Part shown: positions 10,965 to 22,750 of the stretch, piece after piece
Layout of the letters: each line of letters begins with the position of its first letter
Position numbering within the stretch: position 1 is the stretch's first letter
DNA from: Longimicrobiales bacterium
GTDB lineage: Bacteria; Gemmatimonadota; Gemmatimonadetes; Longimicrobiales; Gaopeijiaceae
Reading direction: 5' to 3'
DNA length: 54,644 nt
NCBI GenBank assembly: GCA_041690395.1
Contig: JAWLHJ010000002.1
Coordinates: 721,199 to 775,842, forward strand
Program-made: the position numbers and the translations under genes
The notes under the pieces: generated by a model
The model's input: only the letters and a program-made list of their open reading frames with translations
Told to the model about the DNA's origin: nothing
The model's database searches: none

Positions 10965-11104
10965 GGCGTCGGCGACCGGCCGGACAGAGCCCCGACCCTG
11001 GCGTGTCGCCTCCCAGGCTGTAGATTGCCCCGGCTTGATGTGGGTCCGACCCCGCACTAGCTTCGCTTTTCATTCCCCCAAGCAACCGACGGACGGAGAT
11101 CAAC

Positions 11105-11887
11105 ATGAGGCGTAGGACACTCCCGTTCGCCATGGGCCTCCTCCTCGCAGCGACGGCCTGTGGCCCCGCCGAGGTGGTGGTGACGATGGAGATCGAGACC
11201 CCGGACCCCGAGGGGGAGGGCACCACCACGCGCGCTCTCTCCGACATCGAGGTGCAACTGCTCCCGTACGACCGCGACCAGATCTTCGACTCGCTCACTC
11301 AGGCGTTCGGCACGCCGGAGCCCGAGATTCCGGCCGATCTGGAGGCCGCCCGCGAGGAGGTTCAGGAGGCGCAGCAGGAGTGGGATGAGCACCAGCGCCG
11401 CTGGAACACCCTCCGCGACACCCTGCAGACGCTGACCAGCGAGATGGAGCAGTTCTCGCGGGGCGAAGCGCGCTACGTGGCGCTCTTCCGGGAGTGGCAG
11501 GACTTCGACACCGAGCTCGGCCAGGTCGAGCGCGAGATGAACGCCGCGTTCGAGCGCTTCGACTCGCTTCAGCGCGGGACCATCCGCGCATCGGACTCGA
11601 TCCGGATCCTGCAGAACAACTGGGCGGACGAGGCTTTCGAGGGCGTCGGCCAGATCTTCCTCGCCAAGCAGCGTGAGTCGGGACTCGACCTCGCGGTCGA
11701 CACGACCGACGCGAACGGCGTCGCTCGGGGCAACCTGCGCGTAGCACCGGGCCAGTACTGGGTCCACGCGCGGTACGACCTCGTGTACACGGAGCTCTAC
11801 TGGAACGTCCCGGTGACGGTCGAGCGCGGCGAGCCCGTGGTCGTCGAGCTGACCCGCCAGAACGCCCAGGAGCGGCCGAAGCTCTGA
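11105..11887 (+). CDS. Hypothetical lipoprotein with coiled-coil insert
   Basis: Lipobox-like ATAC after a hydrophobic stretch; GGAGA RBS; host-like codon usage. Confidence 0.7.
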   Translation: MRRRTLPFAMGLLLAATACGPAEVVVTMEIETPDPEGEGTTTRALSDIEVQLLPYDRDQIFDSLTQAFGTPEPEIPADLEAAREEVQEAQQEWDEHQRRWNTLRDTLQTLTSEMEQFSRGEARYVALFREWQDFDTELGQVEREMNAAFERFDSLQRGTIRASDSIRILQNNWADEAFEGVGQIFLAKQRESGLDLAVDTTDANGVARGNLRVAPGQYWVHARYDLVYTELYWNVPVTVERGEPVVVELTRQNAQERPKL

Positions 11888-11920
11888 CGCCGGCTCGGGT
11901 CGACGACCCGACGGAGCGTG

Positions 11921-11968
11921 AAAGCCGCCGGGGCTCCCTGATCGTGGAGCCCCGGCGGCTTTCCTTTT
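11921..11968 (+). terminator. Rho-independent terminator
   Basis: aaagccgccggggctcc/ggagccccggcggcttt stem followed by cctttt. Confidence 0.85.
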
Positions 11969-12026
11969 GCGGGGACCACGGTATTGTGTGAGGACCCCAT
12001 CGACCCGCTTCAACACCCCGCGAGCC

Positions 12027-14312
12027 ATGCCCCACGACCCGACGAGCGACGAGCCCACGGATCCGGCCGGGGCCCGGACGGCCACGAGTCCCGCGTTCGA
12101 GATCGACGGCGACGGCATCGGCTGGATCACCTTCGACGACGCGGAGCGCTCACAGAATGTCCTGACCGAAGCCGTCATGCGACGGCTCGGCGGCGCGCTC
12201 GACGAGGCCCGCGCCGCGGGCCGTGAGGGGCGCGTCCGGGTCGTCGTGATCCGGAGCGGGAAGGAGGCCGGCTTCATCGCGGGGGCGGACGTGGAGGCCA
12301 TCGCCGGCATCGAAGACCCCGGCGACGCCGAGACGAAGGTCAAGATGGGGCAGGCGGTATTCTCGGACGTCACCACCCTACCCGTGCCGTCGGTCTCGGC
12401 GATCCACGGTGTGTGCCTCGGCGGCGGGCTCGAGTTGTCGCTCGCCTGCACCCACCGGGTCGCCTCCGACGCCCCGCGCACCAAGCTGGGGCTTCCCGAA
12501 GTCATGCTGGGGATCCTTCCGGCCTGGGGGGGCACCACCCGGCTCCCGCGCCTCGTCGGGCTCCAGGCCGCGCTCGACCTCCTCCTGACCGGCAAGCAGA
12601 TCGACGCCGCGAAGGCGCGCCGGATCGGGCTCGTGGACGAGGTCTTCCCGGTAGAGCTTTTCCCGGATCTCGTGCGGGACTTCGCGATCGACGTGGCCCG
12701 TGGCGGCCGTCGCCGGAAGGCTCCCTCGCGGAAGCTCCTGCAGCGGGTCCTCGACGACACCGGGATCGGGCGGCGCATCGTGCTGCGCCAGGCACGCAAG
12801 AAGGTCATGGACTCCACGGGCGGACACTACCCGGCGCCGCTCCGGATGCTCGAGCTCCTGGAGGAGCGCCTCGGCGGCAGCGTCGAGGAGAGCCTCGCCG
12901 CGGAAGCCCGCGCGGCGGGCGAGCTGATCGTCTCCCCGGAGTGCAAGAACCTCATCCACGTCTTCCGGATGCGCGAGGCCGCCCGCAAAGGGGCCGGCGT
13001 CGCCGACGGCGAGGACATGGGACGGAAGATCGAGCGCATCGGCGTGCTCGGCGCGGGGGTGATGGGCGGAGGCATCGCCCAGCTGGCGGCCTACAACGGC
13101 ATCGACGTCTACATGAAGGACATCCGCCACGACGCCGTCGGTAGTGGGCTCCGCCACGCGCGGCAGCTCTTCGACAAGTCGGTGAAGCGCCGGAAGATGA
13201 GCCGGCGGGACGCCGACCGCGCCATGGAGCGCATCGCCGGCGGTCTCGACGATCACGGCCTGCGTGGCTCCGGACTCGTGGTCGAGGCGGTGGTGGAGCG
13301 GATGGACGTGAAGCGCGAGGTGCTCGCGGCCGCGGAGCGCGAGGTCGACGCCCGCTGCGTCCTCGCGACCAACACGTCGTCGCTCTCGGTGGATGAGATG
13401 GCTTCGGCACTCGAGCGCCCGGATCGGTTCTGCGGCATGCACTTCTTCAACCCCGTCCACAAGATGCCGCTCGTGGAGGTCGTACGGGGACGCGAAACGT
13501 CGGACGGCACCGTCGCCACCGTCCACCGGCTGGCCGTCGACCTCGGAAAGGTGCCGGTCGTGGTGCGGGACGGGCCGGGGTTCCTGGTCAACCGTATCCT
13601 GGGCCCGTACCTGAACGAAGGGGGGTTCCTGATGGCCGAGGGAGCCGCGATCGAGGCGATCGACGAGGCGGCCACCGAGTTCGGCATGCCGATGGGCCCG
13701 GTCCGGCTCATCGACGAGGTGGGGATCGACGTGTCACGGCACGCCGGTGCCGCGCTCCACGAGGCGCTCGGCGACCGCATGGCCCCGTCGCCCGTGCTCG
13801 CGCGCATCGGCGAGACCGAGCGGCTCGGCAAGAAGGGCGGGCGTGGGTTCTACCTGTACGAGGGCGGCAAGGAGAAGGGGGTCGACGACTCGGTCTACGC
13901 GGAGATCGGGCTGGCCACGCCCGCGTCCGTCCCTGCCCCCTCCGCCGAGAACCCGCCCGCCCACGCGCCCCCGACCGACAGGGCGGCTTCGACGCTCGAC
14001 GAGACCGCGATCCGGTGGCGCCTGGTGCTCCCGATGATCAACGAGGCGGCGCGGATTCTCGACGAGGGGATCGCACCGGACGCCGCGTCCGTCGACCTCG
14101 CCATGATCATGGGGACGGGCTTCCCCCCGTTCCGGGGTGGCCTCCTCCGCTTCGCGGACACCGTTCACCCACGCTCGGTGCTGGACCGGCTCCGCACGCT
14201 CGAGGCACGGCACGGAAGCCGTTTCGAGCCGGCACCCCTCCTCGTGCGGCTCGCGGACCAGGACCGCACGTTCTACGAGGCGTTCCCGGGACCGGACCGC
14301 GCGAACGCATGA
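12027..14312 (+). CDS. fadJ: Fatty acid oxidation multifunctional enzyme (enoyl-CoA hydratase/3-hydroxyacyl-CoA dehydrogenase), FadJ-like
   Basis: FIAGAD, CLGGGLE, GLPEV, GAGVMGGG, TNTSSL, GMHFFNP, GFPPFRGG. Confidence 0.9.
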   Translation: MPHDPTSDEPTDPAGARTATSPAFEIDGDGIGWITFDDAERSQNVLTEAVMRRLGGALDEARAAGREGRVRVVVIRSGKEAGFIAGADVEAIAGIEDPGDAETKVKMGQAVFSDVTTLPVPSVSAIHGVCLGGGLELSLACTHRVASDAPRTKLGLPEVMLGILPAWGGTTRLPRLVGLQAALDLLLTGKQIDAAKARRIGLVDEVFPVELFPDLVRDFAIDVARGGRRRKAPSRKLLQRVLDDTGIGRRIVLRQARKKVMDSTGGHYPAPLRMLELLEERLGGSVEESLAAEARAAGELIVSPECKNLIHVFRMREAARKGAGVADGEDMGRKIERIGVLGAGVMGGGIAQLAAYNGIDVYMKDIRHDAVGSGLRHARQLFDKSVKRRKMSRRDADRAMERIAGGLDDHGLRGSGLVVEAVVERMDVKREVLAAAEREVDARCVLATNTSSLSVDEMASALERPDRFCGMHFFNPVHKMPLVEVVRGRETSDGTVATVHRLAVDLGKVPVVVRDGPGFLVNRILGPYLNEGGFLMAEGAAIEAIDEAATEFGMPMGPVRLIDEVGIDVSRHAGAALHEALGDRMAPSPVLARIGETERLGKKGGRGFYLYEGGKEKGVDDSVYAEIGLATPASVPAPSAENPPAHAPPTDRAASTLDETAIRWRLVLPMINEAARILDEGIAPDAASVDLAMIMGTGFPPFRGGLLRFADTVHPRSVLDRLRTLEARHGSRFEPAPLLVRLADQDRTFYEAFPGPDRANA

Positions 14313-15037
14313 CCCCGAGCGAGCGAGCGTCGGACCCCACGGGCGCATCCGGCGTCGTGGGCGTCGTACCCGCGTCCGGATCCTCGTCCCGCATGGGCAC
14401 GCCGAAGGGGCTGCTCAGCCTGGACGGGCGGACGTTCACACGCCGTGTCGTCGAGACGCTCGTGGACGGAGGGTGTGGGCGTGTGCTGGTCGTGGTACGG
14501 GCCGGCGACGACGCCACGGCCGAGGAGGGTCGGGCGGCCGGTGCCGAGGTCCTCGAGAACCCGGACCCGGGCGACGGACCGATCTCTTCGCTGCGGCTCG
14601 CCCTGGCCCACCTTTCGGGCAGCGCGCGTTGGGTCGTCTGGCTTCCGCTGGATCACCCCAAGGTGCGGGCCGGAACCGTGCGGGCGCTGGTCGACGCGAT
14701 GCGCGGGCAGGGAGCGGGGGCCGCCACGCGGGGGGGCACGGGGAGCGGGACGCGGGAAGCTGCGGGCCAGCCGGCCGGGAAGGTGGGCGACGCGGCGGAA
14801 GCTCCCGTGCTCGCGCTGCCCATACACCGGGGCGAGCGGGGTCATCCGGCGGTGTTCGGGCGGGCCGTCTTCGCCGAGCTGCTCGACCCGAGCGTCGCCG
14901 GGGGCGCCCGCACGGTCGTGCACCGCCATCTCGAGGCCGGCACCGCGCTCCTCCTGGCGACCGACGACCCGGGGGTGCTCGTGGACGTCGACACCCCCGA
15001 AGAGTACGACGCGCTCGTCCGCGAAGGTGCCAGGTGA
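14309..15037 (+). CDS. MocA/MobA-like nucleotidyltransferase
   Basis: PASGSSSRMGTPKGLL, GHPAVF, DVDTPEEY. Confidence 0.85.
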   Translation: MTPSERASDPTGASGVVGVVPASGSSSRMGTPKGLLSLDGRTFTRRVVETLVDGGCGRVLVVVRAGDDATAEEGRAAGAEVLENPDPGDGPISSLRLALAHLSGSARWVVWLPLDHPKVRAGTVRALVDAMRGQGAGAATRGGTGSGTREAAGQPAGKVGDAAEAPVLALPIHRGERGHPAVFGRAVFAELLDPSVAGGARTVVHRHLEAGTALLLATDDPGVLVDVDTPEEYDALVREGAR

Positions 15038-15981
15038 GCGGCGCGGACCGGACGAGTGGGGCCGACCCGATGAGCGACGCGGGCGGTGCGGGCGGGGCCA
15101 GCCGGGCGGGTCGGCTCGACGCGGCAGAGGCAGCCCGACTCCTGATCGACACCTCCGAGGCCGGCGGCAGCGCGGCGGTGGCCCTCGTGGTGGGCGCACC
15201 CGACGGTCACCCGATGCTGGGGCGGCGCGTGGGGCTGACCCGCATCGGTGGCGAGGAGAAGACGCACGGCGCGTCCGACACGGAGACCGGGGCCGCTAAG
15301 GCGCTGATCGGCCTCCTTCGGGGGGCGCTCGACGATCCGCGGGCCGGGGACGGGCTCCACGCGCTGGAGCTGCCGGCCGAGCCGGCGTCCGGGCCGGACG
15401 CCCGCCGCTCGCCGGTCACGCTCGAGGTCTACCTGGAGCTCCGGCGCCCCGTGCTCGAGCTGGTCATCGTCGGGGCCGGCCACATCGCGCGGCCGCTCGC
15501 CCGGACCGCCGCTTCGCTCGGCTTCCGGGTCTCGGTGCTCGACGACCGTCCGGACTTCGCCACTCGCGAACGCTTCCCCGAGGCGGAGCGGCTGCTGCGC
15601 GCCGACTTCGACGACCCGTTCCGGGACGTGCCCATGCACGAGCGTACCCACATCGTGCTCGTCACGCGGGGCCATAAGTACGACTACGCGTGCCTGGTGC
15701 GCGCGTTACGCATGGACCCCCCCCCCGCCTACATCGGTATGATCGGGAGTCGGCGACGGGTGCGCGCGACCTACGTGCAGCTACTCGACGACGGCGTCGA
15801 CCGGTCGCTGCTGGGGCGTATCCATGCCCCCGTGGGCCTCGACATCGGTGCCGAGACCCCGGAGGAGATCGCCGTCGCCGTGGCCGCGGAGCTCGTGCTC
15901 GTGCGACGGCGCGGCTCCGGCCGGCCCCTGAAGGACGTGGAGCGCATCGACGAGCGCTTCTTCAAGGAGGAGCGGGAATGA
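15034..15981 (+). CDS. XdhC family protein (C-terminal Rossmann domain)
   Basis: IVGAGH, DDRP, TRGHKYD, YIGMIGSRRR, PVGLDIGAETPEEIA. Confidence 0.88.
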   Translation: MSGADRTSGADPMSDAGGAGGASRAGRLDAAEAARLLIDTSEAGGSAAVALVVGAPDGHPMLGRRVGLTRIGGEEKTHGASDTETGAAKALIGLLRGALDDPRAGDGLHALELPAEPASGPDARRSPVTLEVYLELRRPVLELVIVGAGHIARPLARTAASLGFRVSVLDDRPDFATRERFPEAERLLRADFDDPFRDVPMHERTHIVLVTRGHKYDYACLVRALRMDPPPAYIGMIGSRRRVRATYVQLLDDGVDRSLLGRIHAPVGLDIGAETPEEIAVAVAAELVLVRRRGSGRPLKDVERIDERFFKEERE

Positions 15982-16012
15982 CGGAGCGGAGACACCACGC
16001 GGAGCGGCACGC

Positions 16013-16429
16013 ATGACCCATCAGGACGACCGGGCCCTCGCGGACGCGCTCGCCTCGGCCAGCGCCGAAAGACGGCCGTGCGCGCTGGCCACGATCGTGG
16101 CGACGCGCGGCTCCACGCCGAGGAAGGTCGGCGCCCGCATGTTGGTGGACCCCGACCGGGGGCTGGTCGGCACGGTCGGCGGCGGATGCGGGGAGGCCGA
16201 GGTCATCGAAGCCGCGGGCCGCGTCCTCACGTCGGGTGTTCCGGAGCGTGTCCGGGTCGACCTGACGGACGACCTGCTCTCGTGGAGTCCCGCCGTCTGC
16301 GGCGGCATCATGGACGTCTTCGTCGAGGCTGTACTTGCGGAACGCCGTGAGGAGTCCGAACGCGGAGGCGAGGGCACCGGCGGAGCGCCCGCGACGACCG
16401 ACGCCGCGGAACGGGCCGGTTCGTCTTGA
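16013..16429 (+). CDS. Stand-alone XdhC/CoxI N-terminal domain protein
   Basis: ATIVATRGSTPRKVGARM, GTVGGGCGE, CGGIMDVFVE. Confidence 0.85.
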   Translation: MTHQDDRALADALASASAERRPCALATIVATRGSTPRKVGARMLVDPDRGLVGTVGGGCGEAEVIEAAGRVLTSGVPERVRVDLTDDLLSWSPAVCGGIMDVFVEAVLAERREESERGGEGTGGAPATTDAAERAGSS

Positions 16430-16980
16430 CCGAGCCCGGCGGGCGCGTCCGTATCCACTACCGCCGCATTCCCGACCGCGAGCAGATCTTCGACCAGCGG
16501 GTCGTGGCCGTGGAGCCCGACGGCGCGGTGGTCACGCTCGCCGAAGCCGCGCCTCTCCCCCGCCCGGTCCGGGCGAACGGCGAGGTCATCCTCGATCCCG
16601 GCGCCCCCGCGGTCTGGCTGACCTTCCCGGGCGGCTGGCACGACATTGGCCGGTTCCACCGCGCCGACGGCACCATGACCGGCTTCTACGCCAACATTCT
16701 CACGCCGCCCGAGATGGCCGCGGGGGTCTGGCGCACGACGGACCTGTTTCTCGACGTCTGGCAGCCGGTCGCCGGCCCACCGGCGCTCCTCGACGAGGAC
16801 GAGTTCGAGGAGGCGCGCGCCCGGGGGCTCCTGGACGCCCCGACGGCCGACCGTGCCCGCGCCGAAGCCGAGAGCCTCATCGCCGCGGCCCGGGACGGCT
16901 CGTGGCCCCCCGATCCGGTTCGCCGCTGGACGCTGGAAGCCTGCCGCGACCGCCTCGCCGAGGTGGACGGTCGCGGCTGA
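16426..16980 (+). CDS. DUF402 domain protein
   Basis: FYANI, DLFLDV, LDEDEF motifs. Confidence 0.75.
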   Translation: MTEPGGRVRIHYRRIPDREQIFDQRVVAVEPDGAVVTLAEAAPLPRPVRANGEVILDPGAPAVWLTFPGGWHDIGRFHRADGTMTGFYANILTPPEMAAGVWRTTDLFLDVWQPVAGPPALLDEDEFEEARARGLLDAPTADRARAEAESLIAAARDGSWPPDPVRRWTLEACRDRLAEVDGRG

Positions 16981-16983
16981 GGG

Positions 16984-17193
16984 TCAGTCCTCGACGCGGT
17001 ACGCCGCGCAGAGCCGGTCCATGTCGACGTGCAGGTGCTTCAACACCGCCGGATCCTCACGGATGAAGTCCAGCAGCCGCTCGTAGTCGTCGATACCCCC
17101 GGCCGGCACCACCACGTTCTCGTCGTGATAGTCGCCGTCGTCCACGAACAGGAGACGAAGCTTCACGGACGCGGCCTTCGCCTTTCCGGCCAT
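16984..17193 (-). CDS. Small hypothetical protein (69 aa)
   Basis: MAGKAKAASVKLRLLF...; start overlaps the stop of the dsbA-like gene. Confidence 0.65.
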   Translation of the reverse strand: MAGKAKAASVKLRLLFVDDGDYHDENVVVPAGGIDDYERLLDFIREDPAVLKHLHVDMDRLCAAYRVED

Positions 17194-17942
17194 CAGCTCC
17201 CCGCTCCGGGCGTGAGGTCCTCGACGGCCTCCACGATCGACCCGAAATCGCCGTTGACGCGCCGCACCTGACCGCCGGCGTTCACCATCACGGTCGGGGT
17301 TCCGCTCACGCCGAGCTGCGCGCCGAGCTCCATGTTCGCCGTGACGACGTCCGCGTAACGGTCGCTCTGCAGGCACGCCTCGAAGGCGCCCTCGTCGAGC
17401 TCCACCGAGGCCGCATAGTCCATGAACGACCCGATCGCGTTCGCCTGGCCCGACCAACGGGGCTGCATCCGGAAGAGGAGGTCGTGATAGTCCCAGTAGC
17501 GGTCCTGCTCACCAGCGCAACGCGCGGCCCTCGCCGCCAGGAAGGCGTGCGGGTGGATCTGCACCAGCGGGAAGTCGTAGAAGACGAACTTCGCACGTCC
17601 CTGCTCGACGAGCTGGAGCTGGATCTGCGGCTTCACGCTCGCCGCGAAGCTGCCGCACCCCGGGCACTGATAGTCGCCGAACTCGACGATGGTCACCGGC
17701 GCGTTCTCGTCGCCGAGCGTGACCCCCTGGGCGAGCTCCACGAGCCGCTCGCTGTTCTCGAGCCCCTCGACCTCGACCGGCGCGGTGACCGCGTCGCTCA
17801 GCGCGCTGCTCCCTACCGAGTAGACGGCCACGCCGACGCCGATGACGGCGACTGCACCGAGCACGAAGTAGAGCTTCTTCATCCCCGAATCACTACCCTG
17901 GTCACGGGCCTGCCTGCGCTGTTCGCTTCTGGACACGGTCAT
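17193..17942 (-). CDS. DsbA/BdbD-family thioredoxin-fold protein
   Basis: EFGDYQCPGC, DFPL, GVSGTPT; N-terminal TM segment. Confidence 0.9.
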   Translation of the reverse strand: MTVSRSEQRRQARDQGSDSGMKKLYFVLGAVAVIGVGVAVYSVGSSALSDAVTAPVEVEGLENSERLVELAQGVTLGDENAPVTIVEFGDYQCPGCGSFAASVKPQIQLQLVEQGRAKFVFYDFPLVQIHPHAFLAARAARCAGEQDRYWDYHDLLFRMQPRWSGQANAIGSFMDYAASVELDEGAFEACLQSDRYADVVTANMELGAQLGVSGTPTVMVNAGGQVRRVNGDFGSIVEAVEDLTPGAGS

Positions 17943-18073
17943 CCCCTGTTGCGGTCCGACCCGGAACCGAGCCGGTGAGCGACACGCCCGACGGACCGGG
18001 CGCCTCTGGATTCGATCGAGCCTGGAAGATGCCGCCCGTCGAGGCGCCGATCAAGCAACCCGCGCGGCGGCGA

Positions 18074-18766
18074 TCAGCCGAGCAGCCAGTCGAGCACGCC
18101 GTCGGTGTCGGTCAGGTCGGCAAGGACCCGGTCGGCGCCGGTCTCCTCGAGCGCGTCCACGGCGTAGCTTCCCGTCGCGACGGCGAGCGTGCGGGCGCCC
18201 CCCTTCTGGCCGCAGACGACGTCCCGCGGCGTGTCGCCGATCACGACCGCCTCGGTGGGCGGCACGTCCCGCCCCCATACGTCGCGGGCGCGCCGCAGCG
18301 CGATGGCGGGCAGGGCGTCGCGCTCCTCGTGGTCCGAGCCGTAGCTGCCGACCCGGAAGCGGCCCCACAGGCGGGCGGAGCCGAGCTTCAGCCGTGCCCC
18401 GCCCTCGATGTTGCCGGTGAGCAGGCCGACACCGACCTCCGCCTCGTGCGGATCGAGGGCGTCGAGCAGCTCGGGGACGCCCGGCAGGACCTCCATCGGC
18501 CGCTCGACCAGTCGCTCCTCCAGGTGCCCGAGGTAGCGGCCCCAGAGTGCCTCGAAGCCCGCTTCGATCTCGGCCGGGTCGAATCCCGCGCCCGCGAGGA
18601 GCTCCCTCGCGATCTGCGGGTCGGTCTTGCCGGCGAAGCTCACGCCCACCGTGTTACCCGCGGTGCCGAAGGTCTCGACCATGGCCAGCTCGAAGGCGCC
18701 CTTGGCGGGCCCGCCCTGGACCAGCGTTCCGTCGATGTCGAAGAGGATCAGTCGGCGAATGGACAT
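18074..18766 (-). CDS. HAD family hydrolase
   Basis: LFDIDGTL, LTGN, IGDTPRD. Confidence 0.9.
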   Translation of the reverse strand: MSIRRLILFDIDGTLVQGGPAKGAFELAMVETFGTAGNTVGVSFAGKTDPQIARELLAGAGFDPAEIEAGFEALWGRYLGHLEERLVERPMEVLPGVPELLDALDPHEAEVGVGLLTGNIEGGARLKLGSARLWGRFRVGSYGSDHEERDALPAIALRRARDVWGRDVPPTEAVVIGDTPRDVVCGQKGGARTLAVATGSYAVDALEETGADRVLADLTDTDGVLDWLLG

Positions 18767-18788
18767 GGGCGTGCGGGCAGCGGCGAGC

Positions 18789-19766
18789 TCAGAACAGCTC
18801 GGACAGGAGGGACGGATCGAGGTTGCCCCCGCTGATCACCACGGCGACGGAGAGGCCTTCCGCGTCCACCTTCCCCGACAGGAGCGCCGCGGTCGTGGCC
18901 GCGCCGCTGTACTCCACGATCAGCTTCTGGCGGCCGACCAGCAGGCTCGTCGCCTCGCGGATCGCGTCGTCCGTGACGGTCACCACGTCGTCCATGAGGT
19001 CCCGGGCGTGCTCGAAGGTGAGCTGCCCGGCGATGACCGGCGCCAACCCGTCCGCGATCGTGTCGATCCGGTCGAGCTTCACCGGCCTGCCCGCGTCGAG
19101 CGCCGCCCGCATGGACGCCGCCCCCTCGGGCTCGACCCCGATCACGCGGGCTTTGGGGATCATGCGCTTCACCGACGCGGCCACCCCGCTCGCCAGGCCG
19201 CCACCGCCGATGGGCGCGAGCACCAGGTCGACGTCGGACCAAGCCCGTGCGATCTCGTACCCGACCGTTCCCTGGCCGGCGATGATGTGCCGGTGGTCGA
19301 ACGGCGGCACGATCACGAGTCCTTCCTCCGCCGCGATCTCTTCCGCGCGCGCCTTCCGCTCCACGGACGTGGTCCCCTCGAAGTGCACCTCGGCGCCGAG
19401 CGCTTCCGCACCCCGCACCTTCACCTTCGGCGCCGTGGTCGGCATGACCACGACCGCGCGCACGCCGCGCAGCTTGCCCGCCAACGCCACCGCCTGCGCG
19501 TGGTTACCGGACGAGTACGTGATGATGCCGCCACGCACCTGATCGTCCGAGAGCTGTGAGACGAAGTTGAACGCACCCCGCAGCTTGAACGACCCGGCGC
19601 GCTGCAGGCTCTCACACTTGAGCCGAACCGTGGCGCCCACCGCCTCGGAGACGGACTCCGACGGCAGCAGCGGGGTCGGCACGGCGACGCCCTGCAGCCT
19701 ACGCGCCGCCGCCTCGATCTCCGGGAGGCCGACCAGGCCCTCCCCCTGCACCACGTCGGGCGTCAC
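18789..19766 (-). CDS. Threonine/serine dehydratase (PLP-dependent, no ACT domain)
   Basis: KCESLQRAGSFKLRGA, SSGNHAQ, GGGGL, SGGN; GTG start inferred. Confidence 0.9.
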   Translation of the reverse strand: MTPDVVQGEGLVGLPEIEAAARRLQGVAVPTPLLPSESVSEAVGATVRLKCESLQRAGSFKLRGAFNFVSQLSDDQVRGGIITYSSGNHAQAVALAGKLRGVRAVVVMPTTAPKVKVRGAEALGAEVHFEGTTSVERKARAEEIAAEEGLVIVPPFDHRHIIAGQGTVGYEIARAWSDVDLVLAPIGGGGLASGVAASVKRMIPKARVIGVEPEGAASMRAALDAGRPVKLDRIDTIADGLAPVIAGQLTFEHARDLMDDVVTVTDDAIREATSLLVGRQKLIVEYSGAATTAALLSGKVDAEGLSVAVVISGGNLDPSLLSELF

Positions 19767-19776
19767 GTGCGGGCCC

Positions 19777-22464
<2,688 letters not shown>

Positions 22465-22750
22465 ACCGGATTCTTCCTGATCTGAGATACGCGCCGGGCC
22501 GCACCTTCACGCGGCCCGCGCCGGGCATGCGAAGCCACGGAACCCACGCCCGCGGGCCTGTGCGACGCGCTCGTCACCGGCCGATCTCGATCGACTGGGG
22601 GACGGTCGCGGATGGGAGCATCCCGAGCGGGTCGGGACGCCCTCGCGGAGGCGGGGCGGAAACGGTTCCGAAGACCTGGAAAAATAACCTTCCGGACGCC
22701 GTCGCGGCAACCCCGAAAGCGGCCCGGAAACGCCTATCTCACAAGGCGTT

